Assembly (NCBI GenBank): GCA_964016885.1
Contig: OZ024745.1
Span: 37,014,001 to 37,078,000 of the forward strand
Direction of reading: 5' to 3'
DNA length: 64,000 bases
DNA from: Eledone cirrhosa
Lineage: Eukaryota
Shown here: positions 36,156 to 48,965 of the stretch, in pieces
How the letters are laid out: every line of letters starts with the position of its first letter
Position numbering within the stretch: the stretch's first letter is position 1
Notes under the pieces: model-generated
What the model saw: only the letters and a program-made list of their open reading frames with translations
Database searches by the model: none
What the model was told of the DNA's origin: nothing
Made by a program: the position numbers and the translations under genes

Positions 36156-36275
36156 GTATATATATAAATATATGTATATATATATATATATATATGTATA
36201 TGTATATATATATATAAATATATATGTATATATATATATGTGTGTATATATGTATATATATATATATATGTATAC

Positions 36276-36309
<34 letters not shown>

Positions 36310-36318
36310 ATGTGTGTA

Positions 36319-36393
<75 letters not shown>

Positions 36394-36552
36394 TATATAA
36401 TATATATATATATATAATATATATATATAATATATATATAATATATATATATAATATATATATAATATATATATATAATATATAATATATATATATATCT
36501 AAATATATATATATAATATATATATAATATATATATATAATATATATATATA

Positions 36553-36602
<50 letters not shown>

Positions 36603-37430
36603 TTCAAGATAAAAATGACAATCACCGGGATACAATGACTCAAAGTCTTACACGGATCATTTGTGAGAGATTTTCTTGATGGCATTCACTGTGTTTTTTG
36701 TTTGTTTTTTTTTGTTTTTTTTTGTGGGGAGACAGGGAGGGGACAGGGATTACTCTTTCACACAGCCACTCCTTATTGGAATCATGGATTTGGAACTTGG
36801 GGAACACTTAATTAGTTAAGCTAAGAGCGCTTTCTATAACTACAGATAAACAAAGCATCCTTAAGTATCAAGGGATTGCTTTTCTATAAATTGAAACGGT
36901 TGAGAGGTACCTATCTATTACTCCGAGTGACTCCCTCCATTTCCACTTCTTTTATTTGCACAAAAGACATCTCCGAGGCTGGGAAAATCCAAGGAATGAC
37001 CCTCCGCTCATTCAATTTTCGGAAAAGACGATATATAATGAATTGTTTCTACTTTTAGGATTACTGGTACTTTATTTTGCCGACCCCATAAAGATGAAAG
37101 AAACAGCTAACCTCGGCGGGATTTGAACTCAGAACGTCAAGGGAAAGAAAGAAAATGAAATGTATATACTATGAAAGTTATAATACATTTACAGAACTTC
37201 AGTATATACAATTAATTGTCCTCATCACTAGAACGTGCATATTGACGTGTACAAATAGTTGTAATGTCTTTGTTTACAAATTCCATAGGCGACACTTGAC
37301 ATTTCTCTGTTATTAGGCGCTTATATGTTTAACTTGTTCGATTAATTTACTTAGTCATAAAACCTGCATAGAAACCGCTTACATTAATCTTACATAGTTT
37401 CAAAATATAGAAAAAATAGTATTTACTTAC

Positions 37431-37518
37431 GTCGAGACCATGCTCTTTGTCAAACCTATATACTGCAGTTCTGCCAGTTTTTACCAAATCTATTAAGTCT
37501 TTACCGCCAACGATAAAT
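37431..37518 (-). CDS. DNASE1: DNase I-family exon (FIVGGKDLIDLVKTGRTAVYRFDKEHGLD)
   Basis: tttttag acceptor, gtaagt donor; 88 nt; continues YDR|xV and the F-x-x-x-x-GL pattern in phase. Confidence 0.88.
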
Positions 37519-38630
37519 CTAAAAATAGATAAATACATAAAACAACAAGGAAATAAATCAATAGAATAACCAGAGCAATCTAAACCGATACAGTATTTAT
37601 AAAACTGTAAATCAATACAGTTCAATATTCGAAATCAGTACTGAAACACTTCTATTAATGATGTAACATGATTAAAATAGTCAATATAAAAAAAATATAA
37701 TTTGAATTATTTCAAAAACGTCTTTTCATCCCATCCTTTTAGGAATATGTGAAGACGAGTGACCTAATGATTAGTGTATCAGGCTTGCGATCGTAATGTC
37801 GTGGTTTCGATTCTTTGACCGGGTGACGCCGTTGTGTTTTTGAGCAAAATACTTAATTTCATGCTGCTCTAGACCACTTAGCTGAATACCAGTACCCAGT
37901 GGCCGTCAATCCTGTCATGGACTGGCATCTTGTCCAACTGGGCGGGGATCTTGTGTCATCAGTCGCTTAACTCCAACGAAACCGGATAACTCTCAGATAA
38001 TAGGGTGTAATCTGAAGAAGAGTTGACTGCTATTTGTAGCAGATCGACCAATTATGCATAGACTTCCATTATTGGTTCGTGTCTATGTCGGTTGTGCATC
38101 TAGCTCAATAATTAGGGCTGGATTAATTCATATAGAAACCGTAAGCACTGAAAAGATTGCGTGAGCCCCCTTTTTATGGTATCTGATTCAGTTGTAACAT
38201 TGCACCATGGTCTTTAGAAAATCTAGCACTAAAAAATACAGCCCTAAGCATGTACTTATTTTGCTGAATATTTAATCCAAGTCTGCCAGGAGTGGTGAAA
38301 CGTTTTTGTAACAACTGCGAATTATGTGCATGCATAATATAAACCTGTGTCGTCGCATCTGTGATCGGGAAGATTTTTCAGCTGTATCAAAGACATAACA
38401 ATCGCTTTAGTGTGGGTGTCACAATAAAATGCACTCGATAGAGTGCAGGATTGAATGTAAGCGAAATGTAGTATCTCCCACACCCGATCCACTTGAGAGG
38501 TCAGTAGACATATTTCAGTACTGACTTGGTTTTTGAAGATCAGTTCAACCCTTGCTAACATGGAAAGTGGATGCTAAATGATGATGATGAAAGAAAAAAT
38601 ACATAATCAGAGAAAGCCAAATAGAAGTAC

Positions 38631-38895
38631 CTGTCGTATGAGCAATCTTTACTTGCTAATGTTGTGTCCTTGCCATATGGTATTGGCCAGAAGTATTCGT
38701 CTGATTTGAGAGGCAATAAATTTTCTTGCTTCTTTGATAGGTAATTACAACCGCTGTTCATGTCCCCCAAGGCAATGATATCATTTATTTTAAATTTCTT
38801 TCTTGCAACCTTGAAGACGTCAGTCAGAGCCGTCAGTTCACGAATAACAGTATCTGGATCAACATGAAGCCCGATGAATCCAATCTCTGAAACAG
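38631..38895 (-). CDS. DNASE1: DNase I-family exon (VSEIGFIGLHVDPD...IIALGDMNSGCNY...DTTLASKDCSYDR)
   Basis: ataacag acceptor, GT donor; 265 nt; catalytic His (GLH), GDxN, and the DTT...C-x-YDR signature with both conserved cysteines. Confidence 0.93.
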
Positions 38896-39927
38896 CTGTT
38901 ATAATAAAATACATTTAATAATGAGTATTTTAATGTATTAATTAAACCAAATAAAGTCTTATTGGAATCGTAGAGGCACCGTTGTCACATACGGCGTGTT
39001 TTGGGCATTTTAACTGGGGGAGTCCATCACCCTCCAGCTGATCTCTTCCACAGAGAGAGGGTGTGTGTGAGTGTGAATATGAGGAAAAGGGAGGGGGGGG
39101 GGAGAAAGAGAGTAAGAGCATGTGTGAAAGAAAGCGAGAGAAGAGAATCAACCCCAGTACTGGACCGGTACATTATCTATCGACCCTCAAAAAGATAAAA
39201 TGTAATGTTGAACTGCGCAAGATTTGAACTTGTATATTATCCTATGATATTAGCGTAAAGCATCAAACATATAGGGGGAGTGGGTGGTCAATTAAAATCG
39301 ATCTAACTATTCGATTGGTCAACTTTCAATGGAATAAAAGTTCAATGCCACACAATGACAAATGACTTCTTGGTCGCTCTACCAGCTAAAAATACATTGA
39401 ACAAAATATTTAACTAAAATCATCTTAAGAAACATCAACACCATTCTATCATGAGACACTACTAATGAAAAAGAACGAATGTAGCAATCGTCATTCCATA
39501 TAAACTTTCACCGTTAACTCAGCAGACGACATCACTTAATATCTACACTTCTACATCGATCTGTAAGTTAATTCTCTCTCTCACTCTCTATTAGATATAT
39601 ATAATCTTTCTCTCTATTTTATATATATCTGTATATATATAAAATTATATACGATTTCACTCAACATTTCGCCATTTGCTACACCTTACGACCGATTTTC
39701 AAGAAACTCGCCACCTCATGAATTTCCAACCAGGTTTTATTCCTACTTGGACTCCGTTCATCTCAGTTCACACTATTGACCTCTACTACAACCGGATGTC
39801 AACTATAATTCTTTAACTTTTTAAGTCTGCGATAAATGGTTACTTTGTACAATTCGACTATACTGTTCTCTGCATTAATCTCTTTCATGGGTGCTATTGC
39901 AGATGTGCTTAAACTACTCTTTAGATA

Positions 39928-41091
39928 ATGCCTCCGAAGAAGAGTAACAAAATTGGTCGGAAAACGGCGCGAGGCAGAACTATGACAAATAGACGAGAAA
40001 GTGAGCCACTACAAAATGCCGAAATAAGACGAACTAGAAACGCAATGTCGACGGCCGCTGCACGCGCTGCTGAAACGGAGGATCGGCGCATCCGCAGACA
40101 GACAAGAGACGCTGTGTCGACGGCCGCTGCACGCGCTGCTGAAACGGAGGATCGGCGCATCCGCAGACAGACAAGAGACGCTGTGTCGACGGCCAGTGCA
40201 CGAGCATCTGAAAATGAGGGTCAGCGCGTTCGCAGACAAAGAAGAAACGCAATGTCGATGGCCAGTGCACGAGCATCTGAAAATGAGGGTCAGCGCGTTC
40301 GCAGACAAAGAAGAAACGCAATGTCGACGGCCAGTGCACGAGCATCTGAAAATGAGGGTCAGCGCGTTCGCAGACAAAGAAGAAACGCAATGTCGACGGC
40401 CAGTGCACGAGCATCTGAAAATGAGGGTCAGCGCGTTCGCAGACAAAGAAGAAACGCAATGTCGACGGCCAGTGCACGAGCATCTGAAAATGAGGGTCAG
40501 CGCGTTCGCAGACAAAGAAGAAACGCAATGTCGACGGCCAGTGCACGAGCATCTGAAAATGAGGGTCAGCGCGTTCGCAGACAAAGAAGAAACGCAATGT
40601 CGACGGCCAGTGCACGAGCTACGGAGATAACATCCGAAAGGCGTGATCGGTTGCAGAGTAATCTTCAAAGAAGCCTTTCCAGAAATGGTTTTTCAAGGCC
40701 TTCAAGTTCGCGATGGCTACTTAAGGCGTTTGAATATAGCCCAACCTTCAATTATGCCACCCATGCTGATTTGATCATTGGCGATATGTCCACCATTTGC
40801 ACCTACTGCAATACCATGAAGTGGCCAGATGAACCATCTGGGATGTGCTGCGCGAATGGAAAGGTCAGTTTACCTTTCCTCCTTGATCCACCTGAGCCTT
40901 TGAAGACATATCTGGCAGGTGAAACAGCGGAGTCTAAGAACTTCCTTGAAAATATCCTGAAATACAACTGCGCCTTTCAGATGACATGGTTTGGTGCAAA
41001 CATTGTTAAGGAAGACGGTTTCATGCTTACATTTAAAGTTCAGGGGCAACTGTGTGTGGCCATAGATGAGTCATCGAGAAGCAGTCGCTAA
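39928..41091 (+). CDS. Helitron RepHel N-terminal fragment with Arg-rich 23-aa repeats and a zinc-finger
   Basis: IGDMSTICTYC...W..E..GMCCANGKV.LP...PPEPL...F..NI.KYN.AFQMT.FG...FKVQGQ; truncated before the Rep and helicase domains. Confidence 0.82.
   Translation: MPPKKSNKIGRKTARGRTMTNRRESEPLQNAEIRRTRNAMSTAAARAAETEDRRIRRQTRDAVSTAAARAAETEDRRIRRQTRDAVSTASARASENEGQRVRRQRRNAMSMASARASENEGQRVRRQRRNAMSTASARASENEGQRVRRQRRNAMSTASARASENEGQRVRRQRRNAMSTASARASENEGQRVRRQRRNAMSTASARASENEGQRVRRQRRNAMSTASARATEITSERRDRLQSNLQRSLSRNGFSRPSSSRWLLKAFEYSPTFNYATHADLIIGDMSTICTYCNTMKWPDEPSGMCCANGKVSLPFLLDPPEPLKTYLAGETAESKNFLENILKYNCAFQMTWFGANIVKEDGFMLTFKVQGQLCVAIDESSRSSR
40027..40620 (+). repeat. 69-bp coding tandem repeat, ~8.6 units
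   Basis: gcatctgaaaatgagggtcag at 40204, 40273 and onward; period 69. Confidence 0.95.
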
Positions 41092-42696
41092 GATCAATAT
41101 ATTTTCATCAAAGCAGATATTATTTTATCTACCACGGCAACGCTGAGTACTGCTGCTAGTTCGATATAAAACTCACGAATTCATTTACGTATCCGCTATG
41201 TTAGAGCGATAAAACGAATTCTAATTTTGTTTTTAATATCTTTTTTTTTTTACTGTAAGTCGGTGAAGGAAGAGCAGCACTCATGGCTATTTTCGACGTT
41301 GAGTCAACCACACGTTTCCCAACTTTCTGATATTTGGGGTCAAAGTTAATTATATCAGCCCCAGTAAATCTGGGGTGAGGTCAAAGTTAATTATATCAGC
41401 CTCCAGCACTTTAATGGTACTATATTTTATGGACCCCGAGAGGATGAAATGCAAAGTTGACCGGTAGGATTTGAACTCAGAATGTAAACAGTTAGAACCA
41501 ATACCGCAATAGCATTTTATCCAACACTCAATCAAGGCTGCCAAACCTCCGCCGTTTCCCAGCATTGAGATTGCCATAGATTCATATAGAAATAGTGTGA
41601 TAATAACGATGATACAAGGTCGGTGGATTGGCAGATTTGTATGAGCGTCGAATAGATGCTTAAGTGTATTCGTTCCGAGAATTCGCTTTCTGAGTTCAAT
41701 TTCCACTGAGGTCAAATTCGCTTGTCAACATTTCGAGTTAGATAAAATAAAGCACCTGTTAAGCACTGGGGTCGATATAATCGATTTTCCCTTTCCCACA
41801 AATTGCTGGCCTTGTGCCTAATGTTGATAAACAATATGTTCAGTAGTGTTCCGTACTAAATGCCTTCACCGGGCGAATAGCCCTTATCGCATGTAATTCG
41901 AGCCTTTTTTTCCTTTCGTTTATACTACACACACACACAAACATCATCCAGTTCTACCCGTGTGCAGCTGGGGAGATGTATATGGAGAAGCAGCTGTTCT
42001 ACTACATACCTTCTTTCTGTGTCATGTCGTGTGTTTAGTAACTATGATTATTGATTTCAATTTTTTTTTGCACGCTCCTAAACTTATATTACTCTAATGC
42101 ACACTCCTAAACTTATTATATTACTCTAATGCTTGACTGGTACGGACATGGCCAAATGGTTAAAAAGCTGGCTTCTCTCTTATCATTATCCGGGTTCGAT
42201 CCCACTACGTGGCATCTTCAGCATTTTTTTTTTTTACCAAGCCTTAGAGTGGGGTTGAACCAAGCCTTGGAGCGCGAAATTGGGTAGACAGAATCTACAT
42301 GCAAAACCATCAGATGGACTATATCTGTACTACAAAGTGTCAGCTTTATCACACTATGTTACTCTAAATTACCTTAAATGTACACACGTCTGTGTAATAC
42401 TCAGACTCATGCACGTTAATTTCACGAGAAAACTGTTTTGTTGATCGAACAGCTGTAACATACATCGTCGAAACTGATCGATACATCTGAGATAAATTCA
42501 AACGACGTACTGCGTTCATTATATTTTGTTCGATATAAGTTATTTCATCGAACCCAAAAGGATGAAAAGAAAAGATGACTTCGATGGGATTTGAACTCAA
42601 ATTTTGCATTGCACCATTGTCTCATAAAACCTCAAAGATAGCATCAACACAGCTAAGATATCTCAATATTCAAGAAATAAAATGTTGTTTACTTAC

Positions 42697-42815
42697 ATAA
42701 ACTTGGGATTAAAAATTTCACAACAAAAGGTTCTCTTTCAAACGAATCGGTTCCGTTTTTTTCCGAACCATCGTCATAGTGAAATGAGTCGAGTACGGTT
42801 ATTCCAATATCGTTT
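42697..42815 (-). CDS. DNASE1: DNase I-family exon (NDIGITVLDSFHYDDGSEKNGTDSFEREPFVVKFLIPSL)
   Basis: cacacag acceptor, gtaagt donor; 119 nt; YDDG and D-x-F-x-REPFVV motifs. Confidence 0.92.
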
Positions 42816-43082
42816 CTGTGTGAAAAAGAAAACATCATTTTATTAGTTAGGGCTTTGTTTGCATTTTGCTGTTAATTGCAGATTTTCTTCCAGTATGTTG
42901 TGATGGTCGACGCCATGCTTTGCAGCAAAGAGTTACTTCCCTTTACGGACTGAGTTCAAATCCCGCCGAGGTTAACTTTGCCTTTCCTCCTTACGGGGTC
43001 GATAAAATAAAGTACCAGTAATACACTGGGATAATTGCTGGCCTTGTGCCGAAAAGTAGAAACAATTATGTTGTGATGGACC

Positions 43083-43249
43083 CAGTACCGGATTTACCCT
43101 TGTGCTTAGGTGTGCTTAAGCACAGGGTCTAGTTGATCAGAGGGGACCCATCTTCCCGCCCAAAACATTTTATTACGATGTATTTTTCCAATGTCAAACG
43201 TTCATAATTTAACTAGCACAGTGCGTCATTTGTCTTAAATCCAGCTCTG
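43083..43249. mobile_element. hAT-type MITE; degenerate relatives at ~38115-38287 and ~62494-62674
   Basis: TIRs CAGTACCGGATTTA / TAAATCCAGCTCTG; 8-bp TSD gatggacc / gctggacc. Confidence 0.7.
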
Positions 43250-43891
43250 GCTGGACCGCTGCCGCTTTAAGTTGCTCAAAACAACGATATGACCAACCTA
43301 TGAAATTAACAAACAAGTGACTGAGCAATTCCACAGACACGTGCATCCTTAACGTAGTTTTCAGGGAAATTCGGTATGACATAATATATAAGGCTGAACC
43401 TTTAAGTTACATTTAAACATTTTTTTAGTTGAGTGGACTCTAGCAACGTGAAATAAAGTGTCCTGCTAAAGGGCTCAACACACCGCCGGGAATCAGACTC
43501 ATGACCTTCCAATCGTGAACCGAATTCCCTAACCACTCAGACACAGGCCTTCGCTACTATTATGTTATAGGATGCTTTATATGAATATCTGAGGAAATTT
43601 TCTGACTGTATTAACGGACCATATTTATAACCAGAAGATTTGAAACAGCTTTGATCATTGGTCTGTTGTATCATAGGTGACCTGACACTAAACATCACCC
43701 CTCTACCACTATCATCATCATCAACAACAACAATGACTACAACATTATCATACATAACGCATATTTAATATATATTCAACAACAACAAAAACTACTACTA
43801 CTACTAAATACAACACCATGCAATATCCTAGTTCAATATATACAAGACGCAACAAGATAATATTCCAAACAACACAAATTGTTTTACATAC

Positions 43892-43972
43892 CGATAGTAG
43901 AATGCATACGTTTCTTTGCTGTGGGTCCGTCCAAGCCTGTTGCTCTCTAACATGGAATATTTGTATTTTTTT
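43892..43972 (-). CDS. DNASE1: DNase I-family exon (KKYKYSMLESNRLGRTHSKETYAFYYR)
   Basis: ctccag acceptor, gtatgt donor; 81 nt; matches DNase I S-x-x-LGR-x-x-x-KE-x-Y-x-F-x-YR. Confidence 0.92.
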
Positions 43973-45058
43973 CTGGAGTGGAGACGAAGAATTATAGAAT
44001 ATGGCACGGAAGCATACAGAATACATTTAATTAAATAGTTTACAGAAGACAACTGAGTCTATTGTAAGATTGACGTCAATGACGTTTAATTTGAACATCT
44101 ATAGGTTGACAACTATTGAAAAGTGTGGGCTTGGAGGGAATTTCCAGAAGACTACAATCTGAGGAGAAATCATTTTTAATTAAGTACTAATGACAAATGG
44201 TTGGACCAAATAATATACATTGATTGTTTTTCACGACAAACAAGTTATTCCACTTTTGAACTACTTATGACAATGTTTGAGCTGGGTGACTGGAGGTATT
44301 GCAATGAAGAGAGAAGAGTGTCCCCCAACTGAGCTTTGGTTAGAGTTGGTCTGTAACTGACCTGTTCAGAGAGATAGAAACTGTTCTGGTGCTAGTAGAA
44401 GAGACTGAAAGAGACCGATTCTCTTCTCGGGAGGTAGACTTAATCCGTCACCCTATTTAACACAAATAGCACGCCCCTTCAGTGCTATCCTATCTCAAAT
44501 ATTCGAATCTGGTCTCCAATTAGAAAATAACAGCCTCTCGTCCTCCTACTAGGGTGTGGACCTGAAAAGTGTCACGAATTCTACTACTCCTTAATTTAAA
44601 GTTAGTACTCCATCTTAGTCTGTGAGGAATTCCACTCGATTATTGATTATTTGAAGCTTAAATAATATTAGGCTACAGTGGAATAGATATTAGTTTCTGA
44701 TTTAGGCACAAGGCCAACACTTTTTAAGGAAGGGAAAGCTGACTAATTCGATCCCAGTGCATTACTGGTACTTTATTTTATCGATCCCGTAAGGATGAAA
44801 GGCAAAGCTAACCTCGGCAGGATTGGAACTCAGATCGTAAAGGGTCGTAACTCAATGCCATAAAGCATGTTTTCCACCGCTCCAACGATACTGCCAATCC
44901 ACCACAGTGGAATAAATATTAGTGCTAGACACTCAATGTTTTTTTTTCCTGATTATTAACTAAATATGGGTGCGTTTAATGCACCGGTGCGTCATATAAA
45001 CCGTGAAATACGGTAAATGAAACCGCAAATCTAATGAAATATAAATAAATGTACGTAC

Positions 45059-45147
45059 GTATTAACAGCTGCCAAAAGTTTTTGGGAGGCTTCTCCTGAT
45101 TTGTCTCTTATTTCTTGTATTAGAATAATGTCATATTTTCTAACAAT
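45059..45147 (-). CDS. DNASE1: DNase I-family gene, first exon located (IVRKYDIILIQEIRDKSGEASQKLLAAVN)
   Basis: ttttcag acceptor and GT donor; 89 nt; contains the DNase I motif YDIxLIQEIRD (Glu39 equivalent); phase fits the next exon. Confidence 0.9.
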
Positions 45148-45677
45148 CTGAAAATATTAAAATATTTTTTTGGCTTTTCAAATCTAAGAGAACATTAGAT
45201 CATTTTAATATAACATTATAGTATAGGACAGCCCCGTAACTCATGAGAGAGTCGAATGGACGCCGTAGTCCCATACGGCCTTTCTTGGGCATCTTTTAAG
45301 CCTGGTGGAGCATCTTTTAAGCCTGGTTGACCTCAGAGAGAAGTTGAACTCAGAGAGAAAAGAACCGGAACGAATACCACAATGCGCTCTATCCGACGAT
45401 CTAAAGACTCCGTCAATTCGCCGCTTTATAACATTATGTATCAAAGTAAATCACTATATAACATTATAAAGCATTCGGTGGATTGGCAGTATCGGTAGAG
45501 GGTCGGACGCCATGCTTTGATGCATAGAGTTACGGCCCTTGCCATACTGAGTTCAAATCCCGCCGAGGTTAACTTTGCCTTTCATCCTTACGGGGTCGAT
45601 AAAATATAGTACCAGTAATGCACTGGGTAATTGCTAGCCTTGTGCCAAAAGTATAAACAATTATATAATATTATACA

Positions 45678-46715
45678 CTAGTATTAAAGCCCGGCGTTGC
45701 TCGGGGTCAGTAAGTTACCAAAGTTAGGTTGCACCACCAATTTTATGGCAGCACTTTGTTGTCTGCCAGGCACTGGGTGAATGAATTGCAGACCTGGACT
45801 GCCGAAGCAGGAGCTGCGCCAGCAGTGACAATTGTAGTTTCGCCTATGGGTATTATCTCTGTGCAAAGAAGTGTTGAAATTTATTGTTTCACAGTACTTG
45901 CGCAACACGCGCGTAGATGATGCCAGCCGAACAACAGAGCTGCAATCGAGTTGTTCTGCATGGTTGTCTAATGTGTGTTTTCTAAATTTAAGACAGTAGG
46001 GAGGGGTGTGATATGGAGGAGAGTTAGCTGCTGTTTCTAGCAGGTTTAGTGACCTCATAGAGGATATGTGTATTTTAAATTTAAGACAGTAGGGAGAGGT
46101 GTGATATGGGGGAGAGTTAGCTGCTATTTCTAGCAGGTTTAGTGACCTCATAGAGGATATTATTGTGTATAGTAAATAAACTGATACTTCTTTCTTCCGC
46201 GTTCGTTGAGAAATGTTTTGAAAAAAGATTTATCGCTATTTTTGTTGTTGAATAAATTTATCTGTTGCTTTTGAATAATTGTTGTTTCGTATGAAATGTA
46301 ATAAGTACTCTTCATTGTCATTGAAGTAAATAAATGTTTGACCGGTTCCACACTCAAAAACAAACGTTCTCTCTCTCTCACTCTCTTCTCTCTCTCTCCT
46401 TCATTTCTTTCTCTCTTCTTTCCTCGAAGTTTGTAAGTTTAAGCGTATATAAGAGAAAGTTGCAGCATGTATGTAGTTTTATCGAATTTTAAGGGGAGTA
46501 GAGAGAGGGAATCAGGGGTAAAGCGTCATGTATTTAGGTTTATCGATTATTTCCGTAACTGTAGGTGAGTTTGAAATAAATAAATAGTCGTTGACCTAAG
46601 TTAGACGATTTTCAACATTCTTACAGACTTTGAGTCGAATTGGTTTGAAATTCTGCAAATGTATAAATATGGAACATGCACACACACACAACAACAACAA
46701 TCTGCTTTTTATAGA
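45678..46715 (-). mobile_element. Non-autonomous Helitron
   Basis: Minus strand starts A|TCTATAAAAAGCAG and ends CCCGAGCAACGCCGGG...CTAG|T; internal 93-bp tandem duplication at ~45983-46160. Confidence 0.65.
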
Positions 46716-46893
46716 TAATGAGGTAAAATATTATATATACATAAAACATTATATAGAGTTCAAATCCCGCCGAGTTAACTTTGCCTTTCATCCTTACGGG
46801 GTCGATAAAATAAAGTACCAGTAATACACTGGGATGATTGCAGGCCTTGTGCCAAAAGTAGAAACAATTATATAACATTATTCAAGCACTATA

Positions 46894-47148
46894 CAGTGGA
46901 ACTTTGGTTCACGAACAATTTTCCCCGAATATAAAACGTCTCGGTTCACAAATTGTGTCTCGAGTAACAAACACGCAAGTCGGCAACAACTGTTGGCATC
47001 AAGCTTGGAGTTTCGGGGCGGGCAAGCGTCACTTGCTGTGTAGTTAGTTACTCTGGTGATATCTATCTGTCTTTTTTCGGCTTACGAATATTTCGGTTGA
47101 CGAACGGCTTTCAGGAAGGAATTAAGATCGTGAACTGAGGTTCGACTG
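46894..47148. mobile_element. Tigger/pogo-type MITE
   Basis: Imperfect TIRs CAGTGGAACTTTGGTTCACGA / TCGTGAACTGAGGTTCGACTG; TA on both sides. Confidence 0.75.
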
Positions 47149-48163
47149 TATTCTAACATATTGCATCACATTATTAAATACATTGCATCACATTATTCAA
47201 ATAGCCTTTTACAGTACAACATTATCTAAAACATTTTATAACATTTACGGCCCTTGCCATTCTGAGTTCAAATCCCGCCGAGGATAACTTTGCCTTTCAT
47301 CCTTACGGGGTCGATAAAATAAAGTACCAGTAATGCACTGGGATAATTGCTGGCCTTGTGCCAAAAGTAGAAACAATTATTACATTATATATTTAATGCA
47401 TTATGTAAAATTATTCAAACTCCATATTTTAAAAACCTTATATAACCTTATTTAAAACCATTAATTAAAAAGTTACGTCATTTTTCTGTAGAGATGATAG
47501 AGTAAAAGGAACCCAAATAAATGTAAACTAAGGCAATGACTAGACCAAAACAGTGAGAGTGTTTTCCTATATTTTTCTGGCAATATTAGAACATGACCCC
47601 CCAAATATGACAATATCTGTTTCAACACAGGATTTCATATAAAAAAACCTTGCCAAACAAATACATTAACATTTTTATTAATAAGTTTTTGTCTAACTCG
47701 TATAATTTTAATTTAAACCAGAAGATGAACGTATTTTAAATACCATGTTGCAACCAAATATCAAAATGCTTTCCTAGAAGAAGTCACAAAAAAGTCATTA
47801 AAAGGTAGTTAGCTTAAATATTAATATTTTTTTTCTTTTTAGATAATTAGTGCATAGTAATTAGATTTTTACAAAATAATGTAAATTTTAAGAATATATA
47901 ATTATGATTTCTTGAATGCGGTTTTATTTTATTACAATTAACTTAATGCGGCCTTTCAACATGAAAAGGATTCTCACCTCTGGACTAGACGGCTAAATGA
48001 AAGGGCCACTCTCCAAACTGGAGAACTAGATAGTGCAGATGTATTATCTATCAAGATGAAAATGGTCTGTCAGTTATTTTTTAGATAATAAAACAGTGTA
48101 CCTGTCGACCATTTTATATACATTTATAGAAAAGGTCTTCAAATAAATACATTAAGATTTATA

Positions 48164-48354
48164 ATTAGAAATAGAAGCTTTCGCCGTTATTTTTATCAAT
48201 GAAATTTTAGCCCGATAGTGAGGTTTAGAACCCTCAAAGAAATGGAAAAAATGAATATTGACGTAATACTAATCTTTTTCCATTTTTTTTTAGGGTTCTA
48301 AACCCCACTATCAGACTAAAATTTCATTAGTCGGCGAAAGCTTCTATTTCTAAT
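48164..48354. repeat. Foldback / MITE-like inverted repeat with ~80-bp imperfect arms
   Basis: tagaaatagaagctttcgccg...tagaaccct versus agggttcta...cggcgaaagcttctatttcta. Confidence 0.7.
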
Positions 48355-48416
48355 TTGAAACTCACTCGCTGTTTCAAAACATACTTACCTATAATATTTC
48401 AAGTGAAAATAATGGA

Positions 48417-48632
48417 TTCTGATTTAGGCACAAGGTCAATAATTTTGGGGGAGAGGAAAGTCAATTAAATCGACACCAGTGCATTGCTGGTGCTTTATTT
48501 TATCGACCCCGTAAGGATGAAAGGCAAAGCTAACCAACCTCGGCGGGATTTGAACTCAGAACGCAAAAGACCGTAACTCTATGGCGCGAAGCATGGTGTC
48601 CGACGCTCTACCGATACTGCCAATCAACCGCC
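48417..48632 (-). mobile_element. tRNA-derived SINE family A (representative copy; others near 5242, 7260, 12930, 15015, 17570, 37060, 39150, 41400, 41620, 42540, 42900, 44694, 45477, 46757, 47246, 51630)
   Basis: Box A/B-like head (tggcagtatcggtaga...gagttcaaatcc) and shared body actttgcctttcatccttacggggtcgataaaataaagtaccag...ggccttgtgcc. Confidence 0.85.
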
Positions 48633-48965
48633 TGTTTCAATTGAAAATAATAAAAACGCAGATCATATATTAATAAAATATTCCCGTCTCGTAGTCCAGG
48701 CGGAGAAAATTCTTAGTTATTGTTTAAACCCTTCAGCTATAATCAACTTCATTCCTACACGATATTGAAGTATTCCAAATCCCTAAGAAGTTCATTCTGT
48801 TATTACCATAACAGAAGTCCGACGAGCTTTTGATTCCAGAGTCGGACCAGATCGATACAGACCAAACCTTCAGCAGATCAATTGCGAAACACACATCACA
48901 ACTCAATAAACGTAATGAAGACCTATCACTTCGTCCTTTTTATTATTTTCAGAATATATATATAT

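Larger units (their letters stand above)
39628..41159 (+). mobile_element. Internally deleted Helitron
   Basis: A|TCTGTATATATATAAAA 5' end (exact TC uncertain); 3' cggcaacgctg hairpin then CTAG|T; RepHel N-terminal ORF inside. Confidence 0.75.

Noticed and set aside
40009-40668. Alternative-frame and antisense ORFs over the 69-bp repeat
   Set aside because: Shadows of the Helitron coding repeat; not a CRISPR array either, as there are no unique spacers
48882-48965. N-terminal part of the 354-aa ORF, and the N-terminal ~100 aa of the 59734-60801 ORF
   Set aside because: Read-through from flanking repeats; element homology starts only after the microsatellite junction
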